From assembly GCA_051294375.1 (NCBI GenBank), contig CM119269.1, forward strand, positions 13,752,726 through 13,816,725: 64,000 nt of DNA, written 5' to 3'. Positions within the stretch are counted from its first letter, which is position 1, and every line of letters begins with the position of its first letter. Positions 52,933 to 64,000 of the stretch are shown here, piece after piece. The notes under the pieces were generated by a model that did no database searches, was not told the origin of the DNA, and was given only the letters and a program-made list of their open reading frames with translations. The translations under genes were made by a program, and so were the position numbers. This stretch comes from Paraspadella gotoi. Its lineage: Eukaryota > Animalia > Chaetognatha.

Positions 52933-54955
52933 ATGGAACTAAAAATAAGCCCTTGGATTGTCATATTTAATTGTGTTATAATTTTTATGATTATGTCTAC
53001 ATACTTGTACAAAACTCGTATTGAAAACTTTTCATTATCAATTATATCAAATAATTTTAAAAACCCGGCTATTTCCATAATGGATCCGTTATGTGGCTGC
53101 AGAGAAGTAATAAGTTTCAACAAAACGTCTTCAAAAAATCTATCAACATGTGGAGTTTCCGCCACCCAACGTGGCCCAGGACAGAAAATCATCTCATATT
53201 CCTTTTATGGAATCATGGAAAGCAAGTATTTTAGTGGCATCACAGAAAATGTAATGTATGTGAAGACCATGTATCCTGGATATGTGATGCGACTTTACAT
53301 GAATTGGAAAGCTGCGTCAAAAAATGAAACAACCATTTTATGTAAACTCTTTTGTGAAGAACCCATTTTAGACATTTGCGACGTTAACTCTATTAGTAAG
53401 GGAAAGTTATTTAATTTGAGTGATTTTGAAAACTTTATTAAAAAAATTTATCTTTTTTCAGCCCAATACCCAAAGCTAAAAAATAAATTTGGAATGGTTT
53501 GGCGATTCACACCAATGACGGATCCACTATGCTTACAGTTCCACAGTCGTGACTTGGATAATAACATCATTTTGAGAGAAGTGGCAGCTGTGAAGGAATG
53601 GAATGCGACTAACTATTCTTTTCATGTGATGAGGGATAACCCTGCTCACACAACTGAGATTCTAGGAGGCATGTTTGGAATAAGGATAACAGACAAAAAT
53701 ATAAAAATTATGAAAACAGCTTTTGAAAAAATGTTGGTCTATGTTGGAAATAGGAAAAACAAAGGGCTAGACCAGGTATGGTAGCACTTTGAATTTGATG
53801 GCATAATTAACTAAAATCTTTCTAGCTGTTGCATGTCGACATGGCATAAAGACGACTTTGTTATTAAATAAAAGTTATTACAGTAAATAAAATAGGTGTT
53901 GGACTATAATTTTTTTTTAAATTATATTATTATTTTTTATTTATGTTATATATAATACCAAATTGATTTTTTATCATAAAAAATTGAATAAGTGGTTAAA
54001 AGTTATGTATTCACACATTAAAAGTATATTTTTGAAAAGTAAATGAAATGAAAATAGGATGGACCTGTATCAAATGTCTGGCTGCAGAAAAGTAAAAAGT
54101 TTTAACAAAACTCGTCCAGAAAATCAATCGGTTAAGTTGGAACCATAAAATGATAAAAATGTCTACACGTGTAAGCGCTGCTGTTATCATATTTTTGGGC
54201 AATTTGAACTTTTGGTTGACATAGACGTCAAATAGTTTTCTAACAAATAAATGTGATAAAAACCTATAACCAGAAAGAATTAAAAGTTTAATAAAGTCTT
54301 TTCATATCACTCCAGATTTAAGTACCTGTACAAAACAAAGTAGAAGGAATTGAATAACAAACAATTTTTTGAGAGACTGAGTCAAAGAGAAAAATATCAG
54401 TTTTCCAATGAAAAGATACTTCTGAGGCACAATAAAATGATTTTCCTTGGGTGTCCCCCTTAGGTACAAAGGTTTTTCGGGACTTTTTCTTTTCACTCAG
54501 ACACTGCCTCTAAGCAACATGGGGAAGCCAGCTCAAAAGCTTTTAAAACAGTTTTGCTGGATATATTTGTAAATTTGATTTTTTCATACTTCACACTGAA
54601 GGCTTTTACATCACACTGAATTAATTGGAAATAATTGGAACAGTGAGAATTTCTTAAGTACTTATCTCTGTCCTGTGAATTTGATTTTATTACCATTCTT
54701 TATCAGGAAGCTCTACGCGTGATTGTGTGGCCCATTGCAAAAAAAGACATGGTCGCTCACGACAGCTACACTTGTCTTACATACAAAAACAAGCTGAATC
54801 GTCCATGGCCAACTCAGCGAATTCCCAGAGAATTCCATCCATATAAAAATGAAACAAACTTTGTTGGCTCCATTGGGTTGCTCTCGATCAAAGCCGCTGG
54901 CGAATGTCCCAAAGAATGCCGACCAAAAAATCATCAGGATTGGCTCATGTGTTAA
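52933..54955 (+). CDS. Intact 3-exon gene (52933-53395, 53462-53775, 54707-54955; 341 aa): type II membrane, putative glycosyltransferase-like protein of an uncharacterised family
   Basis: N-terminal signal anchor (WIVIFNCVIIFMIMSTYLY); motifs KIISYSFYG, YPGYVMRLY, GMVWRF, SRDLD (DxD), REVAAVKEW, FHVMRDNPAH..ILGGMFG, DQ..L...VWP, AHDSYTC. GT-AG introns in phase. Confidence 0.88.
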
Positions 54956-55099
54956 GCAATATGGGAAGAACAAGAAACTAAAGTACATAAGTACAAGATA
55001 GGATACATGATTTCTTGTACCCCCTTAATTTTTTGTATTTGATATAAGAATATCCACCAAGATAAAAAAAATAAAAATTTGTTCACTCAATTATTCCGT

Positions 55100-55795
55100 T
55101 CTATTTTATAAAGCAATTAGATGCAAACATTTATAGAAAAATAGAAATAGAAAATTAGCAAAATTCGGTGTTAAAGAAAGCTGGTTAAATTGACTATTCT
55201 AAGTGAAATATCCTTGTGAAAGAGTTTATAATAAGTTTTATCTGAATTGAGCCCTGACTTTTTTTTTGGAAGGCTTAAATATCTGAATTTAAAGTTTAAT
55301 TGAATGACTCCAATAATTCTGTTTAAAGCCTCGAATTGATTGAATTTTATACATTGAATTTGAATAACTGGTCTGTCATTTGTTAATAATAACTAGTAGA
55401 TATTTTGATTTTATTTTCAAAATGTGAACTCTCCTCTCATTGGTTGTTATAATTTTGTCCTTGTTTATAAAAGGAGAGTAAATTCTTGATTTTTGGGAGA
55501 TTCTTCTGAGAGCATCAGGTATTAAATGATATTTGTAAAATTACTTGAATATGTTAATGAATTTTAAGTTTTAATATAGCTTTGAGCTGCTGCTGCGTTT
55601 CGGCTCTGCTGCTGCTGCTGCATCTTGGCTCTGTTGCTTATCTGTCATACTGATGCACGTCTCTCAATGACTATTGGATTTTGAATACTTAATAAAGTTA
55701 TTATTCTACTTTTATCTTTTGATATATGGATTGAGTTAATATTAAGTCGAGATTAAGCACTGCTCAAACAATGTTCTCATCTGAAACTGAAACCC
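55100..55795 (-). mobile_element. Decayed 5' portion of a possible non-LTR element ORF1
   Basis: Interrupted frame starting MTDKQQSQDAAAAAEPKR; truncates the gene's 3' flank relative to the paralogs. Confidence 0.3.
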
Positions 55796-56072
55796 CCCCA
55801 AGGAATCTTCTTTAATCCTGTTTACATCCATAAAAATATAAACAAGTTTGATCGAACAACGCCTGATCTGCAAGCGGGCAATTAGCGTTAAGCAGCGAAT
55901 CAGATGATAAGTTATGATTAATCTTGAAATTTATTATTTTATTTATTTATTTTATTTTATTTCGTATTTTATTTATCACAATTCACGAACAATATTTATA
56001 ATTTATATTTTTTTGTGTGGTATTTGTTGTCATTCTGGTGATAATGGTGATAATGGTCTTTATGGTTGTAAT

Positions 56073-57561
56073 TAGTGTTCCGATAACCGTTAACAGTTAA
56101 CGGTTATTAACGGTTAAAAATAATTTTAACTTAACCGTTAATATATTTATTTTAACGGTTAAATTCGGTTAATTTTCAAGTATAATTTTTGTTATGAAAA
56201 CTTTGATTTTTTAAGAAAAAAATTTTTTTTCCTTATTCTCCTCTCCCTTTCTCACTATATTTTTCCCCCTCTCTCTGTTCTACATTTTCCCCTATTTTTT
56301 CTTTGTTATTTTCAACCCTTTAATCTTTTTCTATTTTAATCTATTATCATTTTTTTTCTGCCCTTCCGGTATTTTTTTTACTTACTTTCTCCCAATTGTT
56401 TTCGTTTTTCCTTTCAGCTAATTAAGCATTTACATCAAAGAATATTTTGAAATATAATATGCATCTGCATATATTTTTTTGCAAATCAAATTTTTACATG
56501 CAATAATATTCTATTTTGCTAATAAAAAAATAAATAATCTTTCTTCTTTTACTTTTTTTAGCTTTTTCTTTCAATTTTTAAAATGAACAAAGAAGTAAAT
56601 ATAATAAAGCCGAATGAATGAAAAAATTTAAAAAAAACTAATATAAAAAAATTATTAGAAAACATTTTAAAAATGAACAATAGAAGGAATGAATCTTTGA
56701 AAAGACATTAAGGCTAACTAAAACTATCCTTCAATGATGATATACTTTACTTTAATAAAATTTAAAAAAATATTTATTAATTAATAACTCTTTTGATCAA
56801 TCGATCATTAAACAATTCAATTAATAAATTGATATTCATAATTAAGAGAAAACAAAGTTTATTTGTTTACAAACAACCGGTTTTTATTCCAAAAAACGGA
56901 CATGTTTCGACTCTAGTTTTTCCGAGTCTACATCAGCGCGTGAGAGTCGAAACATGTCCTTTTTTTAAAAATAAAAACCTGTTGTTTGTAAACAAATAAA
57001 CTTTGCTTTCACTTAACTATAAACGTAACGAAAAGAAAGTCTTAATACAATATTTATAATTATATTTATATTTATGGTCATGGTTTATGAAAGACTAACA
57101 ACAGAAAACGTGCTTTCAAGAAACTAACAACTATAAAAATAATGAGGAAGAGAAATAGAAAAAGGAAAAGCAAAAACGAAAGAAAGAAAGAAAAAGAGAG
57201 AAAGAGAAAAGAAAATATACAGAATTAAAATTACATTGTGCTTTTTCTTTCATTGTCTTTTTTCATATTTTTATTATGCTATGAGGCAAAAAAAATTTAT
57301 ATAATGCTGTTTTTTCAAATCAATTTTCTCATTTATCAACTATAATGTGTACCTCATCTATCTGAAATAAAAGATAAAGACTATTCAGTAGCCGGAGTTA
57401 AGGAGAAAATACCATTAAATACTTTAGTTAGTTTCAAATATTAATATTTTAAATTTAAAGTTAAATTATAAAATTAACCGATTTTAACGGTTAACCGTTA
57501 AAAACGTTAGTTTTAACGGTTAAGCGAAGTTCCTCAAAAATTAACGGTTAACGGAACCCTA
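56073..57561. mobile_element. hAT-type MITE (second copy)
   Basis: TIR TAGTGTTCCGATAACCGTTAA / TTAACGGTTAACGGAACCCTA; perfect 8-bp TSD GTTGTAAT. Confidence 0.9.
56843..57014. mobile_element. Inverted-repeat Penelope-like remnant carrying a hammerhead motif
   Basis: ~70-bp inverted arms (56843-56913 / 56942-57014) containing acatgtttcgactc; absent from the equivalent position in the other MITE copy. Confidence 0.6.
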
Positions 57562-59262
57562 GTTGTAATGATAGTTATGGTGGTGGCTGTGGTTGTAGTG
57601 TTTGTTATAATTACAGTAGTTGTTGCAACATTGATTAATTATTAGATTGATTAATTGCTTAATTAATTAATGAACTAATTGAATAATTAATGCAGCTTGT
57701 ATTTATATTTAACATAAAAAAAGCATAATTAAATAATTAAACAGGTTTTCGGTTTTTTCCATTTAATTTTATTTCCACTCGAACGATTCCATCGAATCTT
57801 AATATCCAGATTAAACACATGCTTCTCAACCCATACACAAGATTTAAGGTCAATCGGCTGATCCATTCATGAGTAATTGACGTTCAAAGCTAAGGGGGGG
57901 ACGGACATCGTTTTTTTTCTATAATTTATCACAACGAACAGAAAAAATTATACCATGCATAATTTAACATAATTTGATATTCTGACATAATCTAAGTCAC
58001 TTACCGACATGAATTATGGGATGGAGCGACGGACCGACAAAGTGAATTGTAGAGCCGGGATCCGCTGCATAATTTTAAAATCGTAATGTTTCTGTCTTAT
58101 TGATTAAAGAATCAAGCATCAAGCCTGATTCAAAGCCCAGAAACCGTTCCATGGCTGTTGAGGGGGAAGAGAACTAACGGATAGTAGTCTTCAGCCCACT
58201 TAGCGCCTTATCCACACTGTCTTATTATGACAAAAGCATAAAGCGATTATAATTTAAAACTCAAGATCACTTTTTAATTTGATTTCTTGATATTTTTCAG
58301 TTGATATACTTCATTATAGCCATTAAACCATCTAATATCAACGGCCGGGCTGAGATGATGATGATATTAAGGCTTTTATGCCCGAGCTTATATATGGCTC
58401 TTGGGCCCTAAGTTAGGGCAATACTCTTTTTAAATTGTACTATATCAGTAAGGTTAAAAACTTCGCCAGCCGCACGCGCGGTCTTAGGGCTGAGAAAAGA
58501 AACCGTATTATACGTGGCTCAGCGATCAGCGATAATCAGCGATAATCAGCGATCCCGGTGGGAAAGAAAACGATCTTTCTCTAACAACAACAAAATCTGT
58601 CAAGTAAAATGACCTCTTGCTTCGTTAGAAACCGTAAACACCTGGATTTGATTTGTTTTGACTGTAAACTTGATGATGATTACGTATTTACATTTGGATT
58701 TTATTTCGTATTTGTAGCGATATGTTCAAAAATGCTTTTAAAAACTTACCAGATTAGGTTTTAAGTATACGTATTATATTACAGTCGCAAGTTGCAGTAG
58801 AAATGTAAAGATCAAAATTACTTCGACAACGAGTTTTTTTTTTTTCGGGAGGAATTTAACCCGAAATTCAAGGATTTGGTTCTGGGCTTTCTGGTCCAAA
58901 ACCTGTTTTGACTATGACTGAGGCGACTCTCTCTCTCTCACTCTCTCTCTTTCATGCCCCGAAAAACTAATAACAATAAATGTAGAAAATATGCACAGTT
59001 TCTCATTCCATGCGTCAAAGAGGAATGTTTCTGTCAAGAAAAAACAGCACAAAGAGAAAACAGGATTAAGAAAAGAGAAAAAGAGATAAAGAAATGGAAA
59101 AGGAAAAATAAAAAGAAAGGTACTAAACTTATATGAAAGGTGATAATATTAATAGAGTACTGAAAAAAAAAAGATCCTAAAAAAAGCAAAGCTAAGAAAT
59201 AGAAAATAAAAAACAGAAAAAAAGTATTAATAACGTTTATTCGTGGGTGTAGAAGATAGAAA

Positions 59263-59522
59263 AACAAGTTTGAGCAAATAATGTCGGATCTGCCCATGAT
59301 CATTAAAGTTAATTAATTATTAAATTTGATCCGAAATTTTTGTTTTTAGGTCTTTTCGTCACTGACTGCGACAAAAGAAACGACGACAATGATGGCGACG
59401 ACGACGACGACAATAATGCCGATAACTATTGACTTGATTGATTCCTTGATTAATTAATTAATTAATATATAAATTAAATGAATTATAGAGTCGGGATCTT
59501 CTGATAAGCAGATGCGACTAAA
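59263..59522 (-). mobile_element. Internally deleted mini-HINE
   Basis: Both HINE termini within ~260 bp. Confidence 0.75.
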
Positions 59523-60845
59523 AAAAACACCAATTTTACTTACATTTCTTTTTCAACGCCATGTTAACCTTGTCGCAGAATATCTGGCTCGGCGATTCAC
59601 GGCGGTCGCGAAGCCAAGAGAGAAGGTCGAATTTCTCGGATGTCATTCGTAGACGTATTATAGTCCGAATCTGTCAAAAATCCATTGCAGTCATGGGATT
59701 GAACAAAGAGCCTATTTTGACGTGTCGATTCTTGCAACGGAGGTCATCAGCAGTTGAAAAGCGTTCCTCGCTCGTCTTCATCTTCCGCTTCCTCTTTCCA
59801 TTAGATTTACCCGCCTATCTCCTCCTCGCGATGATGCATTCATGGGCGAGAGAGAATGAAACCGATGAAAGAAAAAAGCCGAAGCGGGTGACCGTTCGTG
59901 TGCCGTAACATTGTATTACTACGTACTATTGGTATCTAGCTAGATCTCTCTCGCAATATTTGGTAAAGTCAACAAGGGTAATCTGATTACTAATCGATAA
60001 AACGTTTCCCCATCGAAGCAGGCTGGGAATCGAATTCGGGTGTTTAATCTGACCTGGTCGCAATTGAAATGCGAGAATTTTGCGAAAATCATTGATGCCC
60101 ACAAATCTGAAGACTGAAGCAATAAAAAACAACAAAATCACACAGCAGGAAACACAAAATTGGTAAAGTAAAAAAAACAAACAAAAAAAAACTATAAATC
60201 TTACTTGTTCTTTGAACAAGATGTACAACATTAACAACGAAGCAATTTATATATAAATAAAAAACAACAAAAGAGAAAGCATTCCCTGAGCTTCAGATGG
60301 GATTGTAAAACTAAGTTTCAGGCGGGTTAAGCCCCCTGTCCCTTTTAACTGATGGGCGGCCACCGGGCAAGATGACCATACCTTTTGTGTCAGGAGGCGA
60401 ATGTCTTCCCTCCTGCACCAATGGCCGCTGATGAAAGGTTGATGGATTTTTATCCACCTAAAGCTATACACGTGACTTCAATTCGTTTTTGATATCGATT
60501 AATTTCGTTGTTAGTTTAGATTCTTGATGCGCAAAAAAAAAGACATCAGGACTCTGCAGCGCGTGTAGCATTTTTGGTGTAAGCAGTCGTCATAGCGACC
60601 GGGAAACTGGCTCACGTCGTCTCCCTTCAATTTTCATTCGCCACTCGGTCTCCGATATATTGGCATCCCTCCTGAAATGTCCAAACAAGATAATAACGTT
60701 TTATTTAAAACTACCGCTTTATTCTTTAATCATTATAATTATCATTATCATTAATAATCAATATCGATAGCTACAGCCAATCAACTACATTCGTCTCATA
60801 AACTTTATTCCGCTCCGCTTCATTTTTCGTCGGATACTGAAAGAA

Positions 60846-60970
60846 AAAAATTATGTCAGTTGAAAAAATTATGACAGTTGAAAAAATTATCTCAGTTGAA
60901 AAAATTATGTCAGTTGAAAAATTATGACAGTTGAAAAAATTATGACTATTAAAAAATTATGACAGTTAAA
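60846..60970. repeat. Tandem 18-19-mer minisatellite (aaaaaattatgacagttg)n
   Basis: About 6-7 near-identical units. Confidence 0.9.
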
Positions 60971-61932
60971 AAATTTATAAAATTTGAAAACAAAATATAA
61001 ATTTAAAAAATGATACAAGTTAAAAATATCATAAATAAAAAAATAATGCAAATTCAAAATATTGTGGTGGACTCTTCGGCGAGCCATTCACTTTGGCCGA
61101 AAACATTTATGTGAAATGTCTCTTTTTTTTTCTCTCTCTCTCTCTCTTTCTATGTCTCTTTAAATTTTTAAATTTTAAATTTTAAAAGTTTAATATTATG
61201 ATTATCTCTTTCGAAGTTCAGTTTAATTCTTTGAAAGCAATTTACATGTATTGGCGCAGCTATTGGTTTACTAAACAATCATCCACATGTTACTTAAGTC
61301 ATTTCTAGCGTTACAAATCTGTTTTGTACATTCCCTTATCGTACAACACTATTTATTTGTTGATCAGCATTGTTGCGTAATGCGTATAGATGACAAATGA
61401 TTGATGGCATTTTTAGTGTCGTTTCCGCAATAACAGACTGACAGACAGATCGACCGACTGACGAATCTAGATTAATTACTAATTAGGAAAAATACACACG
61501 GATACATCTCATTGTTATCTCATTTTTAACTCACCGGTCCTAATTATTACGTAGTTGTCTGCCCAAAAAAATATCGAAACCAAACGAGACGGGGGAAACG
61601 AACAAAACCGATGCCACTATATCGCTTAATTTATTATCTTCCTAGTAAATCTTGCGAATTAATGTGCCTAAAACTATAAATTGAGAATCGAATATATGCA
61701 TGATAGTTAGTTTTAATCATTGTCAAATAACATAAAACCGGAGGCGAAACGACTCCAACGAAACCCGAAGAGCGACTAAATCGTGACTCGAATTTACATA
61801 ATAAGCGAAGGCTAAATCTCCAGAACAAAAAGCAGGAACAAAAAAAAAATTATATTTCTTTATATAGAACGGCAACGAAATCTAATCTCCGTTGAAACGA
61901 ACTGAGCGATTGTTAATATATATTTCATCGAC

Positions 61933-62140
61933 ATGAGCGTGACGCTACATTCGCCCGCTCACGCTCCTTGCGGCCCGTTCCGCGACCTTTTGCGTCTGGG
62001 TTTCGCGACACAGGACGACGCCGCAACCTCAATCCAACACGGCGTCAGGGAAGACGACGGCGCTCTCGTTCACCGCGCCGCCGGAGGACCTTACTTTCTC
62101 AGCTTCGAAGGGAAGGAGAAGGCCGTTACCGATTACGAGG
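61933..62140 (+). CDS. Probable first coding exon, DM9-like C-terminal pattern
   Basis: ATG...GVREDDGALVHRAAGGPYFLSFEGKEKAVTDYE then phase-1 gtgagt donor; CpG-rich. SFEGKE....YE resembles the DM9 G.E.....YEVL motif. Confidence 0.5.
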
Positions 62141-62194
62141 GTGAGTTTATTCCGTGATAGGAGAGTGTGAAAATTGTAATTTAATCTGTAATTT

Positions 62195-62700
62195 TTGAAC
62201 CTTCATCAGCCAGTTTTGATAGTTTTAAAAAAATATTTGGATATTAATTTTGAGAGATATATAAAGAAAGGCGATTTTAACCTTGATATCTCTCTCTTTA
62301 TTAAATGATCATTGTAATCTTAAATAAAAACTGTTACTTTGTAAATATTATTATTATGAAATTGGTACAACTAATATAAAAATTATCCATTCATTTAATA
62401 AATAAGCTATCTTGCCCCTTACTTTGGACAGGCTTTGGTGGTTTAACTTTAAGGCCTCTATCACTCTTGCAAGATAATGATATAGCAGGTCTCTGCAAGC
62501 TTTCAATCAAAACTCTCACACATTCTATATATATATATTTTTTTAATTATTAATATTAAAATATTATTTTCTGAAATTTTAAATTATTGTATACTTAAGC
62601 TGAAACTTAATTTTAAATTTAACCCTAATTTAACCCAAACTTACCCCTAACCCAAACTTACCCCTAACCTGAACTTACCCTTAACCCTAATTTACCCTGA
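62195..62700 (+). repeat. Dispersed element with CCCTAA-containing minisatellite (copy of 25575-26000)
   Basis: Long match starting ttttgaaccttcatca.ccagtttt and ending in ttacccctaac repeats. Confidence 0.75.
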
Positions 62701-64000
62701 TTTATGCATCAAACTTTTTATGGCGATGATTGTGCCGTGCCTCAGTAAATTTCAACTTCAAGTAAATTTTGTCAGCCTAGATTTAATTCTATGAACCAAA
62801 AAGTAACATCAAAACGCCATAGAATCATGTCTCAGCGCGTCATAAGTTAAAAATGTAGTAGAAAACAACGATTGTTAATTGCTAACTCGGTCCAGTCGAA
62901 AATGCTTTCCAAGAAAGGCGACAGCGAGGTCGTATAATCTCCGGGAAAGTGCGGTTAAATCCTCAATAATTAAAGGCCGGGTTTTCTTCTACTCCGGTTA
63001 AATTTGACTCGTGATTTCGTAGAAAGTGAAGTGGATATTTTTCGGGGTTGGATATGAATACATGGGGCGAACCGGTTCTTAGTCACCTACTTTTGAAACT
63101 GGTTGTTTTTATTTACTGCTTTAATAAATCATGCCGTGAACAAATACGACCAAAGTTAATTTTTTTCAAAAACATATACGAGATTACTTAAGTTGGATTC
63201 TAGTTAGCAGGTGAATGGGGTGAGAGGGTGGTCAAGGAAAAGTTAGTGGGTTATTTTTTTTTTTAGAATAAAAAATCATAAAAAAAAAAAATTTCAAGCA
63301 AATTTACAGAAATTATTACTACTCAGTCATTTTTAAGCTAAAAAAATGGTTATCTTTTTTTAATCGTCATATGCAAATCGGAAAAAAATCTGTAATCAGC
63401 TACATCAGTTAAATGAAGTCTAAACGTTTTTAAAAGGTTTCATGTGGAACACGACACTACATTCTTAACGTTTTCAATAAATATTTTAAGTGTTTTTGTA
63501 TAAAGTAGTTTTATTTACTACCACACCTTAGCAGAAGAATTTATTTTTATATTTTACGACATAATCGTTAAAACAACCAGTTTTTTTTCTGTAAGTGGAA
63601 ACGGTGGACTATTTCTACTAAACTAAACCATTAATGTCCAGAGAGGTCAGGGCCGCGGCATTTAGCAAATAAGAGACCATTTTGATTATGGAACGGGTTT
63701 TTTTTTTTAATCAAGAGAGATATTCAGGTTTAATTGGCAATAAATAAACACTCTAGTCTCGCTTCTGTCTCCTCGATATGGGGAGTTGTTTTTGCTAAGA
63801 AATACGTTTCCCCCTATCAGAAATCTAGTTATAACTGTTAGGTTCATGCTGTTCCCAAAAATATCATTATCAGAATGGGTTTGGAACTTGGGAAGGGCCA
63901 AACCTGTAAGCGAGACAAAGGAAGGGTTGAAGGGGGGGGGGCACGTAATCCGCAACGGACTTGACGTCAAAAACCTGTCTCGTCGCGGCCATCGTGGGTT

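Larger units (their letters stand above)
55841..58070 (-). mobile_element. Diverged HINE copy with nested hAT MITE
   Basis: aacaagtttgatcgaacaac terminus; 57630-58070 matches the HINE body and gacggaccgacaaagtgaatt. Confidence 0.7.

Noticed and set aside
52828-53784. 318-aa single-exon ORF as annotated in the track
   Set aside because: It starts inside the solo LTR and reads through a 66-nt stop-free intron (53396-53461); the better model starts at ATG 52933 and has three exons.
59544-60680. Minus-strand exons (MTSEKFDLLSWLRDRRESPSQIFCDKVNMALKK with gtaagt donor; segment at 60550-60670)
   Set aside because: Exon-like, but with in-frame stops nearby, no consistent gene model and no recognisable domain.
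60846-60970. CRISPR-like array
   Set aside because: Head-to-tail repeats with no unique spacers, eukaryotic context, no cas genes.

Overview
Eukaryotic DNA, most likely from an invertebrate animal: GT-AG introns, CpG-rich exons, very AT-rich introns and many (GA)n microsatellites. The assembly is rough, with 25-N gap spacers, unpolished long-read segments and several probably artefactual duplications, so many exons are frameshifted. Supported content: (1) a minus-strand multi-exon ankyrin-repeat gene (~3.0-6.1 kb); (2) a minus-strand gene (~20.0-24.2 kb) whose exons splice into several DM9-like lectin repeats followed by a C-terminal SOCS box, the most interesting item, plus a possible second DM9-like first exon at 61.9 kb; (3) a noisy mucin-stalk type I membrane protein gene; (4) a decayed or error-ridden Polinton/Maverick-type protein-primed DNA polymerase B (~33.7-38.0 kb); (5) a cluster of an uncharacterised type II membrane, glycosyltransferase-like family, with one intact 3-exon gene, a split paralog and an orphan last exon; (6) many non-autonomous elements: Helentron/DINE-1-like HINEs, nested hAT MITEs, a Tc1/mariner MITE, a solo LTR, tRNA-derived SINEs and Penelope-type hammerhead remnants. 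All family calls come from manual translation and motif recognition; no database search was run.
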